From assembly GCA_964430355.1 (NCBI GenBank), contig CAYSFW010000047.1:5090-69089 (forward strand): a stretch of 64,000 bases of DNA. The letters run 5' to 3'. This document shows positions 20,762-32,342 of the stretch, piece after piece. The translations under genes were made by a program, and so were the position numbers. The DNA comes from an uncultured Thiotrichales bacterium. Lineage in GTDB: Bacteria; Pseudomonadota; Gammaproteobacteria; UWMA-0217. Each line of letters opens with the position of its first letter. Within the stretch, counting starts at the first letter, position 1. A model generated the notes under the pieces. It saw only the letters and a program-made list of their open reading frames with translations. It did no database searches and was not told where the DNA came from.

Positions 20762-20845
20762 GGTCGCGCGAGCTCCGTTCAGAGGGATGCCTTCACGGCG
20801 TCCCATCGTTCTCTCCGCAACCGGTAGCTGACACAGGCCGCATAC

Positions 20846-21574
20846 ATGGAAGACAAGCCCGCTCCCCGTTATCGCAGAATCCTGCTCAAGCTGAGTGGCG
20901 AAGCCCTGATGGGCGATCTCGACTACGGCATCGATCCGAAGATGATCGGCCGCCTTGCCCGCGAGATCGCCGAGATCAGCAAGGGAGGCGTGCAGGTGGC
21001 CGTGGTCATCGGCGGCGGCAACATCTTTCGAGGCGCGGGGCTGGCAGAAGCCGGCATGGACCGTGTCGCCGCGGACCACATGGGGATGCTGGCGACGGTG
21101 ATCAACTCGCTGTCGCTGCAGGACGCCATCGAGCGGCTCGGCGTGTACTGCCGGGTGATGTCGGCCATCCAGATCCATCAGGTTTGCGAGGACTACATCC
21201 GCCGGCGGGCGGTACGCCACCTCGAAAAGGGGCGCGTGGTGATCTTCGCAGCAGGTACCGGCAATCCCTACTTCACGACGGATTCTGCGGCGTCGCTGCG
21301 TGCGAGCGAAATCAACGCCGACCTGATGCTCAAGGCCACCAAGGTCGATGGGGTGTATGACTCGGATCCCGTCAAACACCCAGAGGCGAAGCGCTATGAC
21401 CGCCTCACCTACGACGAGGCGCTGGCGCGCAAGCTCGGCGTGATGGATGCCACGGCGTTGGTCATGTGCCGGGACAACCGCATTCCGCTGCGCATCTTCA
21501 ATATCTACCGCGAAGGCGACCTTGCTAAGATCATGGCTGGCGCTGAAATCGGCACCCTGGTCGAAAGAGGTTGA
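20846..21574 (+). CDS. pyrH: UMP kinase
   Basis: [13 protein letters not shown] ... amino-acid kinase fold. Confidence 0.97.
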   Translation: MEDKPAPRYRRILLKLSGEALMGDLDYGIDPKMIGRLAREIAEISKGGVQVAVVIGGGNIFRGAGLAEAGMDRVAADHMGMLATVINSLSLQDAIERLGVYCRVMSAIQIHQVCEDYIRRRAVRHLEKGRVVIFAAGTGNPYFTTDSAASLRASEINADLMLKATKVDGVYDSDPVKHPEAKRYDRLTYDEALARKLGVMDATALVMCRDNRIPLRIFNIYREGDLAKIMAGAEIGTLVERG

Positions 21575-22137
21575 GTTCCATGATCAATGACATTCTCAAG
21601 GACGCTGGCGATCGGATGAAAAAGAGCGTGGAAGCGCTCAAGCACGAGTTGGCGAAAATACGCACCGGGCGGGCGCACGCGAGCCTGCTCGACCACATCA
21701 CTGTCGAGTACTACGGCTCACCGATGCCGATCAAGCAGGTCGCCAACATCTCGGTGGAGGACGCGCGCACCATCACGGTCGTGCCTTGGGAAAAGAACAT
21801 GGTGAAGGCGGTTGAAAAGGCGATCATGGCCTCCGATCTTGGCCTCAACCCGAACACCGCGGGCACGGTGATTCGCGTGCCGATGCCGCCGCTGACGGAA
21901 GAACGCCGCAGGGATCTGGTGAAGGTCGTGCGGCACGAAGTAGAAAGCGCCCGGGTTGCCGTGCGTAACATCCGCCGCGATGCCATCGCCGACCTCAAGG
22001 AACTCCAAAAGGAGAAAGAGATCTCCGAGGACGACGAGCGTCGGGGCGCCGAAAACGTGCAAAAACTCACGGATCAGACGATCGCGGAAATGGATGCCAT
22101 CCTCGCCGAGAAAGAAAAGGAGCTGATGGAAGTCTGA
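21571..22137 (+). CDS. frr: ribosome recycling factor
   Basis: Canonical RRF; ATGA overlap with pyrH. Confidence 0.95.
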   Translation: MSSMINDILKDAGDRMKKSVEALKHELAKIRTGRAHASLLDHITVEYYGSPMPIKQVANISVEDARTITVVPWEKNMVKAVEKAIMASDLGLNPNTAGTVIRVPMPPLTEERRRDLVKVVRHEVESARVAVRNIRRDAIADLKELQKEKEISEDDERRGAENVQKLTDQTIAEMDAILAEKEKELMEV

Positions 22138-22163
22138 GGTTCCAGACGCGCGAGGTTACGGGC

Positions 22164-22895
22164 TTGTCGAACCCCATGGTTCCGCGCCATGTCGCCATCG
22201 TGATGGATGGCAACGGAAGGTGGGCGCGGGCACGCCACCTGCCGCGCACCGCGGGCCATAAGCAGGGTGTGGACACGACGCGCCGGGTCGTCGAGCAATG
22301 CGCCAAGCGCGGTGTCGAGGTGCTCACGGTGTTCGCCTTTAGCAGCGAGAACTGGCGTCGTCCAGCCGCGGAGGTCTCCGCCCTTATGGAGCTGTTCTTC
22401 AGCGCGTTGCGCCGTGAGGCAAAGCGGCTTGCGGAGAACAACATCCGTCTGCGCATCATCGGCGATGTCGCGGGGTTGCCTGAGAAGCTGCAGGAAGAAA
22501 TCCGGCGGGTCGAGCAGGTAACCGCGGGGTCGACCGGGATGCTGCTCCAGGTCGCTGCCAATTACGGCGGGCGTATGGACATCGTGGGTGCGGCCCGTGC
22601 GCTCGCCGACGCAGTACGCCGTGGGGAGTTGGCGTTGCCGGACATCGACGAGCAGCGTATCGCTGATCACCTGAGTACAGCGGGGTTGCCGGAGCCCGAC
22701 CTATTCATTCGCACCGGTGGGGAAAAGCGCATCAGCAATTTCTTGCTCTGGCAGTTGGCCTACACGGAGCTCTACTTCACCGACCAACTGTGGCCAGATT
22801 TCGACGAAACCTCGCTCGAGGCCGCCTTCGCCGTGTACGCCAGCCGGGAGCGCCGCTTCGGGCGTACCAGTGAGCAGGTGGCGCAGCGTGCGTGA
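22164..22895 (+). CDS. uppS: ditrans,polycis-undecaprenyl-diphosphate synthase
   Basis: [13 protein letters not shown] motif. Confidence 0.95.
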   Translation: MSNPMVPRHVAIVMDGNGRWARARHLPRTAGHKQGVDTTRRVVEQCAKRGVEVLTVFAFSSENWRRPAAEVSALMELFFSALRREAKRLAENNIRLRIIGDVAGLPEKLQEEIRRVEQVTAGSTGMLLQVAANYGGRMDIVGAARALADAVRRGELALPDIDEQRIADHLSTAGLPEPDLFIRTGGEKRISNFLLWQLAYTELYFTDQLWPDFDETSLEAAFAVYASRERRFGRTSEQVAQRA

Positions 22896-22955
22896 TCGTC
22901 TCTTGGCACTTGTGGGACGCGAGCATCCCGGGAGTTCGGGGGTGGTGGTCGTGGA

Positions 22956-23807
22956 TTGTGGAAAACGAACCACAGGGGTCAGGGCCTGATGAGTCCCGTC
23001 TTGCTGCAGCGTCTCGTGTCCGGATTGTCGCTCGCTGCCATCATGCTCGGTGTGATAACGCTCTGCGGCACCGAGTGGGTCGCGGTGCTGTTCGCGCTGT
23101 TGTTCCTGCTCGGCAGCTGGGAGTGGGCGCGCTTGACCTCGATCGCGAGTACAACCGGTCGAACGCTCTATGTCGGTGGCGTCGCGGTCCTGCTGGTCCT
23201 CGCCTGGCTATTGCGCGACAGCGATTGGGCGCGTTGGTGGCTCGTGTTGGCCGTGGTGTGCTGGTTCGGTGCCGTCATCCTGCTGTCGGGCTACCATCGC
23301 CGGAGTGAGCAAAGGCCGCGCTGGCAAATGCCACTGAGCCTCATCGGTACGGTGTTCATCAGTGCAGCCTGGCTTGCGGTGGTCAAGCTGCACGAGATGA
23401 GCTACCTGTGGTTGCTGTACGTCCTGGTGCTGATCGCCATCGCGGATTCCTTTGCCTACTTCTTTGGCAAGCGGTTCGGGCGCCACAAGCTTGTGCCGGA
23501 GATCAGTCCAGGCAAGACCCGCGAGGGGCTGTGGGGCGGGCTGGGCGGAGTTGTCGTCTTCGCCGCCATTGTTGCCGTCGCTGCCGGGATGCCCGGGGTT
23601 CAGAGTGTGTCCTTCGTGTTGCTAAGCCTGCTGGCGGGCTTGGTTTCGGTCGAGGGTGATCTCTTCGAGAGCGTGCTCAAGCGGGAAGCGGGCGTGAAGG
23701 ACAGCGGTTCCATCCTGCCCGGTCACGGCGGCATCCTCGACCGCTTCGATAGCCACATCGCCGCGGCGCCGGTGTTCCTGCTGGGTCTGCAGTGGATATC
23801 CTCGTGA
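22956..23807 (+). CDS. cdsA: phosphatidate cytidylyltransferase
   Basis: Multi-TM protein with the CTP-transferase signature in the C-terminal region. An alternative start is at 22989. Confidence 0.85.
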   Translation: MWKTNHRGQGLMSPVLLQRLVSGLSLAAIMLGVITLCGTEWVAVLFALLFLLGSWEWARLTSIASTTGRTLYVGGVAVLLVLAWLLRDSDWARWWLVLAVVCWFGAVILLSGYHRRSEQRPRWQMPLSLIGTVFISAAWLAVVKLHEMSYLWLLYVLVLIAIADSFAYFFGKRFGRHKLVPEISPGKTREGLWGGLGGVVVFAAIVAVAAGMPGVQSVSFVLLSLLAGLVSVEGDLFESVLKREAGVKDSGSILPGHGGILDRFDSHIAAAPVFLLGLQWISS

Positions 23808-24098
23808 GCGAAGCGCCTGCGGGTGCCGTCTTCGACAGCACCGACAGTGGTCATGCGCGTGTCGACCCCAGCCGAACGGGTCGCTTGACGCCCTGCGGGG
23901 TTCACGCGAAGGCCACGTCATGACCGTGCCGGGTGTCACTTCCACCCGGGCCGCTCGCTGCGAGTCGTCGCGACATACCTCGCGTGCTGCACCCTCGCGG
24001 GTGTTCATCAGGCAGTCTGCCGCAGGTCGCACCCGCAGCGCTTCCGCCACGCGCGGCGAGGGTACAGTGCGTGGGCACCTCCTACCTGGGGTCCTCGG

Positions 24099-25298
24099 AT
24101 GATCAACGTCACCATTCTCGGCGCGACGGGCACCATCGGTGTGAACACGTTGGATGTGGTCGCGCGCAATCCCGAGCGCTACCGCGTGTTTGCCCTCACG
24201 GCCCATCGCAATGTGGAGCGGCTCGTCGACCAATGCCAGCAGTTCCGTCCCCGGTTTGCCGTGGTGCCGGACGCCGGGCGTGCCGCTGAACTGGCTGAGC
24301 GGCTGCGGGGCCTCGGGCTGACGACACTGGTGCTCAGCGGAACGCAGGGGTTGGTGGATGTCGCCACCGACAGCGAGGTCGATCATGTGATGGCCGGCAT
24401 CGTCGGCGCCGCGGGCTTGCTGCCCACGCTCGCCGCGGCCCGGGCTGGCAAGCGGGTGCTGCTTGCCAACAAGGAGGCCCTGGTGATGTCCGGCGCGCTG
24501 TTCATGCGGGCCGTGGGCGAGGCGGGTGCCGAGCTGCTGCCGATCGACAGCGAGCACAACGCCATCTTTCAGTGCATGCCGCACCGCGCTTGGGAGGGCG
24601 ACCTGCGCGCCAGTGGCATCACCCGCATCTGGCTTACCGCCTCCGGGGGGCCCTTCCGGACCTTGCCGATCGAGGCACTCGGCACGGTGACACCGGCACA
24701 GGCCTGCGCGCATCCCAACTGGGTGATGGGGCGCAAGATTTCGGTCGATTCCGCCACCATGATGAACAAAGGCCTGGAGATCATCGAGGCTTGCTGGCTG
24801 TTCAACACCCCTTCGGATACAGTGGAGGTCGTGATACACCCGCAGAGCGTGATCCATTCCATGGTCGCCTACGCAGATGGTTCCGTGCTGGCCCAGATGG
24901 GTAACCCCGACATGCGCACGCCGATCGCGCATGCTATGGCCTGGCCGGAGCGGATCGACGCCGGTGTGACCCCCCTGAATCCCTTCGAGGTTGCGCGGCT
25001 GGATTTCGAGCCGCCCGACCCCAGGCGCTTTCCCTGCCTGAGGCTCGCACGTGCGGCATTGGACGCGGGCGGTACGGCTACCGCGACCCTTAACGCGGCC
25101 AACGAGGAAGCAGTCGAGGCCTTCCTCGATGAACGCATCCCGTTTCTGGCGATCCCCGCCGTGATCGAGCATTGCCTGGAGCACCTGCCGGGCGAGCCGG
25201 CCGAGTCGCTGGAGCAAATTCTCGCCGTCGATGCGCAAAGCCGCGCGATCGCCCGCGAGTTCATCGCAGCGCGCGGTACCCGCAGGACTCAGGCATGA
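24099..25298 (+). CDS. dxr: 1-deoxy-D-xylulose 5-phosphate reductoisomerase
   Basis: [14 protein letters not shown] motif and full-length match. Confidence 0.95.
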   Translation: MINVTILGATGTIGVNTLDVVARNPERYRVFALTAHRNVERLVDQCQQFRPRFAVVPDAGRAAELAERLRGLGLTTLVLSGTQGLVDVATDSEVDHVMAGIVGAAGLLPTLAAARAGKRVLLANKEALVMSGALFMRAVGEAGAELLPIDSEHNAIFQCMPHRAWEGDLRASGITRIWLTASGGPFRTLPIEALGTVTPAQACAHPNWVMGRKISVDSATMMNKGLEIIEACWLFNTPSDTVEVVIHPQSVIHSMVAYADGSVLAQMGNPDMRTPIAHAMAWPERIDAGVTPLNPFEVARLDFEPPDPRRFPCLRLARAALDAGGTATATLNAANEEAVEAFLDERIPFLAIPAVIEHCLEHLPGEPAESLEQILAVDAQSRAIAREFIAARGTRRTQA

Positions 25299-26656
25299 GC
25301 GTTCTGACCAGCGTCGCGGCATTTGTCGTCGCAATTGGCATCCTCGTCGCAGTGCACGAGTTTGGGCACTTCTGGGTGGCGCGCAAGCTCGGGGTCAAGG
25401 TGCTGCGCTTCTCGATCGGATTCGGAAACGTCATCTGGCGCAAGCAGTCGGCCACAGACGAGACCGAGTACGTCATCTCGGCGATCCCCCTCGGCGGATA
25501 CGTCAAGATGCTCGACGAACGCGAGGGCGAGGTCGCGCCCGCTGAACTGCATCGCGCGTTCAACCGACAGCCGGTCCGCAACCGGTTTGCGATCGTCGCC
25601 GCGGGGCCCATCTTCAACTTTCTGTTTGCCATCGTGGCCTACGCCGTCATGTTCATGGTCGGCGTGAGTGGCACGCAGCCGGTCATCGGTACGGTCGATC
25701 CGGCGTCGCTCGCGGCAAAGGCCGGTATCGCGCCTGGCTGGGAGATCGTGGCCATCGATGGCCACGAGACCGCGACCTGGGAGGCGGTTACGCTGCGCAT
25801 GGTCGATCTGGCGCTGAAGCGTGACACCGTGCAGCTCCAGCTGCGCGATGCAGGCGGGGCGATCGAGGAGCGCTACCTCGACCTCGCCGAGGGCAACGCG
25901 TTGCTCGACGAGGGAGATCTGCTGCGCAAACTCGGCATCACCCCGAGGAAGCCGCGTGTGCCCGCCGTGTTTGGTGAACTGGTCGCCAATGGCCCAGCGG
26001 CCCGAGCAGGGCTGGCTGCGGGTGACCGCGTGGTCGAGATCGACGGCAAGGCGGTGGCTCAGTGGCAGGACGTTGTCGACGCGGTGCAGATGCGGCCTGG
26101 CCAGCCGGTGAACATGGTCATCGAGCGTGGCGGGCAACCGCGCGAGGTCGTCGTGGTTGCCGACAGCGTCGCTCAAGGGGACCGGACGATCGGTCGCATC
26201 GGAGCCCGACCCCATGTCGACCAGGCGGAGCTCGCGGCCATGCGGGTCGAGGTGCGCTACGGGCCGTTCGAAGCGCTCGTCAAGGGTGTGGAGCGGACTT
26301 GGGAGATGTCCGCGCTCACCCTGCGGATGCTGTGGAAGATGCTGATGGGCGAGGCCTCGGTCAAGAACATCAGCGGGCCGTTGACCATCGCGGAATTCGC
26401 CGGGGTGTCCGCATTGATCGGCGTGTCGGCTTTTCTAGGGTTTCTTGGGCTCGTGAGCGTCAGCCTTGGCGTGCTCAACCTTGTGCCCGTTCCGGTCTTG
26501 GACGGCGGTCATTTGTTGTTCTATCTGATCGAGTGGGTCAAGGGCAAGCCGCTGTCCGAGCGCGCCGAAGCTTTGGGTCAGAAGGTCGGTCTTGCTATAT
26601 TAGGCGCCTTGATGATTCTGGCCTTTTATAACGACATCACAAGGTTGCTGAGTTAA
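25295..26656 (+). CDS. rseP: sigma-E protease RseP (site-2 RIP zinc metalloprotease)
   Basis: [10 protein letters not shown] HExxH motif, two PDZ domains and an LDGG motif. The start is at the ATG at 25295, overlapping the dxr stop. The listed ORF has a spurious N-terminal extension. Confidence 0.9.
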   Translation: MSVLTSVAAFVVAIGILVAVHEFGHFWVARKLGVKVLRFSIGFGNVIWRKQSATDETEYVISAIPLGGYVKMLDEREGEVAPAELHRAFNRQPVRNRFAIVAAGPIFNFLFAIVAYAVMFMVGVSGTQPVIGTVDPASLAAKAGIAPGWEIVAIDGHETATWEAVTLRMVDLALKRDTVQLQLRDAGGAIEERYLDLAEGNALLDEGDLLRKLGITPRKPRVPAVFGELVANGPAARAGLAAGDRVVEIDGKAVAQWQDVVDAVQMRPGQPVNMVIERGGQPREVVVVADSVAQGDRTIGRIGARPHVDQAELAAMRVEVRYGPFEALVKGVERTWEMSALTLRMLWKMLMGEASVKNISGPLTIAEFAGVSALIGVSAFLGFLGLVSVSLGVLNLVPVPVLDGGHLLFYLIEWVKGKPLSERAEALGQKVGLAILGALMILAFYNDITRLLS

Positions 26657-26800
26657 TGGAGACCTCCAACGATCCCTTGCGAGGGCGTGATCCTTCGTCG
26701 GTCGCTGCTTGGGTGATGAAAACGCCGCCAGCACCCTGGCGGTATCCGGGTGGATCGGGCCGTCGGGCGATGACCACTCGAGCCGATCGATAGGGGGCGG

Positions 26801-29089
26801 GTGATGAATCCTCGTTTCTGGACGGCGTTGACGCTGTTCGCCTCGTTGCCCGCGTTGACTGCCGCCGCAGATCGCGAGTTCATCGTGCGGGACATTCAGG
26901 TAATCGGCCTGGAGCGAATCTCCACAGGTGCAGTTTTCTCCAATATACCCGTGGACGTCGGTGGGCGCTTTGATCCGCGTCGCACTGATGAGGTCGTGCG
27001 GGCGCTCTACCGCAGTGGGTTGTTTGAAGACGTGGCCGTGGGCGTCGATCGCGATGTGCTCGTGATTCGGGTCAAGGAGCGCCCGGCGATCGCCGACATC
27101 ACCTTCGAGGGTAACGAGGACATCGAGACCGAAAAGCTGCAGGATGCGCTCAAGGCCGCCGGCATTGCCAAGGGGCGGGTCTTCAATCGATCCGTCCTCG
27201 AGGACCTGGAGCGTGAGCTGCGGCAGCAGTATTTCGCGCGTGGCAAATACAACGTCAAGATCGACACGACGGTCGAGCCGCTGGAAAACAACCGGGTCGA
27301 TATCGACATCAAGATTGCTGAAGGCGTGGTGTCGAAAATCAAGCAGGTCAACGTCGTCGGTAATCAGTCCTTCACGGATGAGCAGGTCACCAAGGACTTT
27401 CAGTCCGGCGTGCCGAGCTGGTGGGCGTTCTGGAGCAGCGCCGACGACTATTCCAAGCAAAAGCTCGTCGGTGATCTGGAAACCCTGCGTTCGTTTTACC
27501 TCGACAAGGGTTATCTGAACTTCAACATCGATTCGACGCAGGTCACGATCACACCGGACAAGCGCGATATCTACATCGACATCAATCTGACCGAGGGCAA
27601 GAAATACACCGTCAGCAACGTCAAGCTGAGCGGGGATTTGATCGTGCCCGAGGATCAGCTCAAGCCGCTGGTCAAGGTTGCGGCGGGCGACACGTTTTCG
27701 CGCGCGCGTGTCGTGGAGACGGTCAATGCCATCCGGGACCGGCTGGGCGAGGACGGCTACGCCTTCGCGAAGGTCGACGTCGTGCCGGAAGTCAACGAGG
27801 AAAAGAGCGCGGTGGCCCTGAATCTGGTGCTCGATCCCGGGCGCAGGGTCTATGTGCGGCGGATCAATTTCTCCGGCAACGCCAAGACGATCGATGAGGT
27901 GTTCCGGCGCGAAATGCGTCAGCTCGAAGGGGCGTGGTATTCAACTAAGGATGTCAACCGTTCCAAAACCCGTATCCAGCGTTTGCCGTTCGTGGAGAAC
28001 GTGACCCTCGAGCAAAAGCGCGTGCCGGGCCAGGAAGACCAGGTCGATCTCGACATCACGGTGACCGAGCGGTTTTCCGGTTCCTTTTCGGTGGGTGCGG
28101 GGTACTCGCAGAACCAGGGCTTCCTATTCAACATGTCGCTTCACCAGGACAACGCCTTCGGCAGCGGCAAGCGGCTCGCGCTCGACTTCAACAACAGCCA
28201 GGTGACGCGCATCTACAGCGTTACCTACACCAACCCGTACTACACGGTGGATGGCATCAGCCGCGGCTTCAACGCCTTCTATCGCACCACCGATGCCGCT
28301 GAGGCGAACATCTCCGCGTACATCGCCGATCGGTGGGGGCTCTCCGTGCGCTACGGCATCCCGCTGACCGAGTTCGATGCGTTCAACTTCAGCCTCGGCT
28401 ACGAAAACACCGAGATCAAGACGACCTCGCGCACACCGCGGGAGATCCACGATTTCCTCGATGCGAACGGCAACCGATATGGCGAATATGTGCTCAACGC
28501 GAGTCTCGTCCACGACACGCGTGACCGCACCGTATTCGCCAATCAGGGTAACCTGCAGCGTCTGCAGCTTGAGTCGTCTCTGCCAGGTAGCGACCTCGAC
28601 TACTACAAGCTGAGCTACCGCAACCAGTTCCTGGTGCCCATCACCAAGCGCTTCGTGTTCTCGGTGATGGGTGATGTGGCTTACGGTGACAGCTACGGCG
28701 ACACGAGCGACCTGCCGTTTTTCGAGAAGTACTACGCCGGCGGCATCAACTCCGTGCGCGGCTACCGCTCTAATAGCCTCGGTCCACGCAGCTCCACCGA
28801 TGATCCATTCGGCGGTAACTTCCGCACGCTGGCCAACATGGAGCTGCTGTTCCCCGCGCCATTCGCCCCCGACAACCCATCCGTGCGTATGGGCGCGTTC
28901 GTCGACGCCGGTAACGTATACCGGGTCTCCGACGACTTCGAATCGCGCGACCTGCGGACTTCCGCAGGCCTCTCGTTCGAGTGGCTATCGCCGATCGGTC
29001 CGCTGGTATTCAGTTACGCCGTACCCCTCAATGACAAGCCGGGCGATGAAAAACAGGAATTCCAGTTCAGCATCGGCGCGCAGTTTTGA
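26801..29089 (+). CDS. bamA: outer membrane protein assembly factor BamA
   Basis: 762 aa with POTRA repeats plus a C-terminal beta-barrel ending in F. Confidence 0.95.
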   Translation: MMNPRFWTALTLFASLPALTAAADREFIVRDIQVIGLERISTGAVFSNIPVDVGGRFDPRRTDEVVRALYRSGLFEDVAVGVDRDVLVIRVKERPAIADITFEGNEDIETEKLQDALKAAGIAKGRVFNRSVLEDLERELRQQYFARGKYNVKIDTTVEPLENNRVDIDIKIAEGVVSKIKQVNVVGNQSFTDEQVTKDFQSGVPSWWAFWSSADDYSKQKLVGDLETLRSFYLDKGYLNFNIDSTQVTITPDKRDIYIDINLTEGKKYTVSNVKLSGDLIVPEDQLKPLVKVAAGDTFSRARVVETVNAIRDRLGEDGYAFAKVDVVPEVNEEKSAVALNLVLDPGRRVYVRRINFSGNAKTIDEVFRREMRQLEGAWYSTKDVNRSKTRIQRLPFVENVTLEQKRVPGQEDQVDLDITVTERFSGSFSVGAGYSQNQGFLFNMSLHQDNAFGSGKRLALDFNNSQVTRIYSVTYTNPYYTVDGISRGFNAFYRTTDAAEANISAYIADRWGLSVRYGIPLTEFDAFNFSLGYENTEIKTTSRTPREIHDFLDANGNRYGEYVLNASLVHDTRDRTVFANQGNLQRLQLESSLPGSDLDYYKLSYRNQFLVPITKRFVFSVMGDVAYGDSYGDTSDLPFFEKYYAGGINSVRGYRSNSLGPRSSTDDPFGGNFRTLANMELLFPAPFAPDNPSVRMGAFVDAGNVYRVSDDFESRDLRTSAGLSFEWLSPIGPLVFSYAVPLNDKPGDEKQEFQFSIGAQF

Positions 29090-29109
29090 TCGACCTTCCA
29101 CCACGATAG

Positions 29110-29643
29110 ATGAGTAACGCCTCCTTGAATAAAAGACTCTTTGCCCTTTGCCTTTCTTTGGTTGCTTTCGTGTTTGCACCGGCCGCTGCGATGGCTGATT
29201 CGCGCATCGCCGCGGTCAATATCAACAAGCTCATGGAGGAGGCCCCGCAAGCGAAGTCCGCGAGCGAGGCCATCAAGAACAAGTTTGCCGGCCGCGAGCG
29301 CGAGCTGATCGCCGAGCGTGATGCGATCCGCAAGCTAGAGGAGCAGTACAACCGCGACAAGGACGTGGTTTCCAAGTCCGAGCGCGAGAAGCTCGAGCAG
29401 GACGTGCGCGAAAAGCTCCGCGAGTTCAAGCGCAAGTCCGACAGCTTCACTGAGGATTTCACGCTGGCCCGTAACGAGGCGCTGAACAAGCTGCAATCCG
29501 ATGTCTACAAGGCCATCGTGGATGTTGCCGAAAAGGAAAATTTCGACCTCGTGGTGAGCGAGAGCGTGCTCTACGCGAGCAAGCGCGTGGATGTCACCGA
29601 CAAGGTGCTGGCCCGTCTCAAGGAACAGTACGGTAGCAAGTAG
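29110..29643 (+). CDS. skp: periplasmic chaperone Skp (OmpH)
   Basis: Signal peptide plus Lys/Glu-rich coiled coil, between bamA and lpxD. Confidence 0.85.
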   Translation: MSNASLNKRLFALCLSLVAFVFAPAAAMADSRIAAVNINKLMEEAPQAKSASEAIKNKFAGRERELIAERDAIRKLEEQYNRDKDVVSKSEREKLEQDVREKLREFKRKSDSFTEDFTLARNEALNKLQSDVYKAIVDVAEKENFDLVVSESVLYASKRVDVTDKVLARLKEQYGSK

Positions 29644-29648
29644 TCCCC

Positions 29649-30665
29649 ATGCCGATGCGTGCTGCGGAGCTGGCTAGGGCACTGGGCCTCGCCGTGCAGG
29701 GTGACGGGGATGTGATCGTCGAGCGCGTCGCAAACCTCGCCCGCGCGGGTGAAGGCGACCTCGCTTTCGTCAGCAATCCGCAGTACCTGCCTCAGCTCGC
29801 GACCACGCGCGCATCGGCGGTCATTCTCAGCGCGCGCCACGCCGACCAGTGCCCGGTGACCGCGCTGCTGGCGGATGACCCGTATGTCGCCTACGCGCGC
29901 GCGGCTCAATTGCTCCATCCGCCTGCCAAGCCTGCGCCTGGCGTGCATCCGAGCGCGGTGGTCGGCCCGGACTGCGAGATCCCGGTGAGTGTCGCCATTG
30001 GACCCTGCGCCGTGCTCGGTCAGCGCGTGCGGCTGGGCGAGGGGGTCGTCATCGGCGCACACTGCGTGATCGAGGATGATGTCAGCATCGGCGCCGACAC
30101 CTGCCTCAAGCCGCGGGTGACCCTCTACGGGGGGGTTACGATCGGCGCGCGTTGCCTGATCCACTCGGGTGCGGTCATCGGTGCCGACGGCTTCGGCTTT
30201 GCCAACGAGCGGGGCGTCTGGGTCAAAATCCCCCAGGTGGGCAGCGTGCGTATCGGCGACGATGTGGAGATCGGGGCCAACACGACCATCGATCGCGGCG
30301 CGATCGACGACACGGTAATCGAGGACGGCGTCAAGCTCGACAACATGATCCAGATCGCACACAACGTGCGCGTCGGTGCCCACACGGCGATGGCCGGCTG
30401 TACCGGGGTGGCCGGCAGTGCGGTCATAGGCCGACATTGCGCCATCGGGGGTGGCGTGGGCATCACGGGTCACATCGAAGTGGCCGATCATGCGATAATT
30501 ACCGGGATGTCGTTCGTTTCCCAGTCGATCAAGCAGCCCGGCAGCTATTCATCGGGGCTGCCGTTGCTGGAGACCTCGCAGTGGCGTCGCAGCTTCATCC
30601 GCATCCGCCAGCTCGACGAACTCGCCAGGCAGGTCAGGAAAATCGAAAAGAAACTTCAGGATTGA
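29649..30665 (+). CDS. lpxD: UDP-3-O-(3-hydroxyacyl)glucosamine N-acyltransferase
   Basis: Left-handed beta-helix hexapeptide repeats at canonical position. Confidence 0.95.
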   Translation: MPMRAAELARALGLAVQGDGDVIVERVANLARAGEGDLAFVSNPQYLPQLATTRASAVILSARHADQCPVTALLADDPYVAYARAAQLLHPPAKPAPGVHPSAVVGPDCEIPVSVAIGPCAVLGQRVRLGEGVVIGAHCVIEDDVSIGADTCLKPRVTLYGGVTIGARCLIHSGAVIGADGFGFANERGVWVKIPQVGSVRIGDDVEIGANTTIDRGAIDDTVIEDGVKLDNMIQIAHNVRVGAHTAMAGCTGVAGSAVIGRHCAIGGGVGITGHIEVADHAIITGMSFVSQSIKQPGSYSSGLPLLETSQWRRSFIRIRQLDELARQVRKIEKKLQD

Positions 30666-30673
30666 GCCATCCC

Positions 30674-31156
30674 ATGACCGATGAAGTCTCGCAGATCAAC
30701 GTCATTACGCCGATGGACATTCAGGAGGTGTTGAGCCTTCTGCCACACCGTTACCCCCTGTTGCTGATTGACCGGGTCGTGGAGTTCAAGCCGGGCGAAT
30801 CGCTCACGGCACTGAAGAACGTGACGTTCAACGAGCCCTTTTTTCAAGGCCATTTTCCGGGTCACCCCATCATGCCCGGCGTACTGATCATGGAGGCGCT
30901 GGCGCAGGCCTCAGGACTCTACGAGTTCGCCAGCCGCAAGGCACTCAACCAGCCGCGGGATTTCCTCTATCTGTTCGTGGCCATCGATAATGCGCGTTTC
31001 CGCCGTCCCGTGGTGCCGGGAGATCAGCTCGTCCTGCGCATCGAGCCGATCTCCAAGAAGCGCAACATGCTCAAAGTCAACGCCGTGGCCACCGTGGACG
31101 GTAAGGTCGTCGCCACCGCCGAGCTGATGTGCGCGCAGCAGGAGATTGCCCATTGA
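30674..31156 (+). CDS. fabZ: 3-hydroxyacyl-ACP dehydratase FabZ
   Basis: [35 protein letters not shown]... [12 protein letters not shown]. The listed 334-aa ORF is an upstream read-through artefact. Confidence 0.95.
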   Translation: MTDEVSQINVITPMDIQEVLSLLPHRYPLLLIDRVVEFKPGESLTALKNVTFNEPFFQGHFPGHPIMPGVLIMEALAQASGLYEFASRKALNQPRDFLYLFVAIDNARFRRPVVPGDQLVLRIEPISKKRNMLKVNAVATVDGKVVATAELMCAQQEIAH

Positions 31157-31920
31157 TCGACCCGCGGGCCATTGTCGATCCTCGCGCCGAAATCGCGGAT
31201 GACGTCGAGATCGGGCCGTACTCGATCATCGGGCCCGACGTTAAAGTGGAGTCGGGCACTTGGATCGGGCCGCACGTGGTCATCAAGGGGCCGACGCGCA
31301 TCGGTCGCGACAATAAGATCTTCCAGTTTGCTTCGCTCGGCGAGGCCCCGCAGGACCTTAAGTACAACGGCGAACCCACAGAGCTGATCCTCGGTGAGCG
31401 CAACACGGTGCGCGAGTACTGCACCTTCAACCGGGGCACCGTTGGCGGTCATGGCAAGACGGTCATCGGCAGTGACAACCTGTTCATGGCTTACGTGCAC
31501 GTCGCGCACGACTGCGTGATCGGCAACCGGGTCGTGTTCGCCAACGCCGCCTCGCTCGCAGGCCACGTCACCATCGGTGATCAGGTGATCCTGGGCGGCT
31601 TCACCCTCGTGCACCAGTTCAGCACCATCGGCGCGCACGCCTTCACCGGCATGGGTACCGCACTGAACCGCGACCTGCCGCCTTACTGCATGGCCTCGGG
31701 CAACTACGCCCGGGCGGTTGGCATCAACAAAGAGGGGCTCAAGCGTCGAGGCTTCAGCCCGGAGTGCATTCGCGCGCTGGGCCAGGCATTCAAGCTGCTC
31801 ATCCGCGGCGCGGACCGCGAAAAGGCGTTTGAGGACGTGAAGCCCCTGGCCGAGACGTTTCCCGAAGTTCAACTGTTCGCCGACTTCGTGCGCGACAGCA
31901 AACGCGGCGTGGTGCGCTGA
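31153..31920 (+). CDS. lpxA: acyl-ACP--UDP-N-acetylglucosamine O-acyltransferase
   Basis: Hexapeptide-repeat protein. Probable TTG start at 31153 overlaps the fabZ stop. Confidence 0.9.
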   Translation: MIDPRAIVDPRAEIADDVEIGPYSIIGPDVKVESGTWIGPHVVIKGPTRIGRDNKIFQFASLGEAPQDLKYNGEPTELILGERNTVREYCTFNRGTVGGHGKTVIGSDNLFMAYVHVAHDCVIGNRVVFANAASLAGHVTIGDQVILGGFTLVHQFSTIGAHAFTGMGTALNRDLPPYCMASGNYARAVGINKEGLKRRGFSPECIRALGQAFKLLIRGADREKAFEDVKPLAETFPEVQLFADFVRDSKRGVVR

Positions 31921-31967
31921 GGGCTACTCGTCGGTCTCATCCTCGTGAGCCCGTTCCGTCGCCGACC

Positions 31968-32342
31968 TTGCGCTATGTCAATGCGGTCGGGGCTGTGTTG
32001 CGGACACTATATCGCGCTCCCGTCACCCGTGTCTCATCCCTGAGCGTGCGTAGATCGAGCGGTTTTCTCCTTGCCGGCGGCGTGGCCCTGGCACTGATTG
32101 CAATGACCACCCTGGACGCGGCGCGGCAGCGGGCGGGCGCGCAGGCGCGGCTGGCCGAGGGGGCCAGGCTGGTGTCCGCGCTAGGGCTGACTGATCTCGC
32201 CCTGTTCACGGAGGCCCGCTACACGCGGCACTGGACTCAGGCGGATCTGCACAGCGCGTTTCAGGACCACCCCAGTGCACTCGAACATTTCCCGAGTGGC
32301 TCCCTGGTCGCGCCGTCGTGGGGGCGGGAGGCGGGGCTATGA
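31968..32342 (+). CDS. small membrane-anchored hypothetical protein, first gene of the NosL/ABC operon
   Basis: One TM segment (FLLAGGVALALIAMTTL). Its stop overlaps the permease start by 4 bp. Confidence 0.35.
   Translation: MRYVNAVGAVLRTLYRAPVTRVSSLSVRRSSGFLLAGGVALALIAMTTLDAARQRAGAQARLAEGARLVSALGLTDLALFTEARYTRHWTQADLHSAFQDHPSALEHFPSGSLVAPSWGREAGL

Noticed and set aside
19889-21379. 496-aa ORF on the - strand spanning tsf and pyrH
   Set aside because: Antisense to two universally conserved genes, with no recognisable domains.
25172-25294. N-terminal 41-codon extension of the rseP ORF
   Set aside because: It overlaps the dxr 3' end. RseP homologs begin at the [15 protein letters not shown] membrane helix, whose ATG at 25295 overlaps the dxr stop.
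23622-25334. 570-aa ORF on the - strand
   Set aside because: Antisense to dxr and the cdsA-dxr spacer; the translation is Arg-rich and low-complexity.
30152-31156. 334-aa ORF in the fabZ frame
   Set aside because: It is an upstream read-through into lpxD. The true fabZ starts at the ATG at 30674 (MTDEVSQ...), giving the expected ~160-aa protein.
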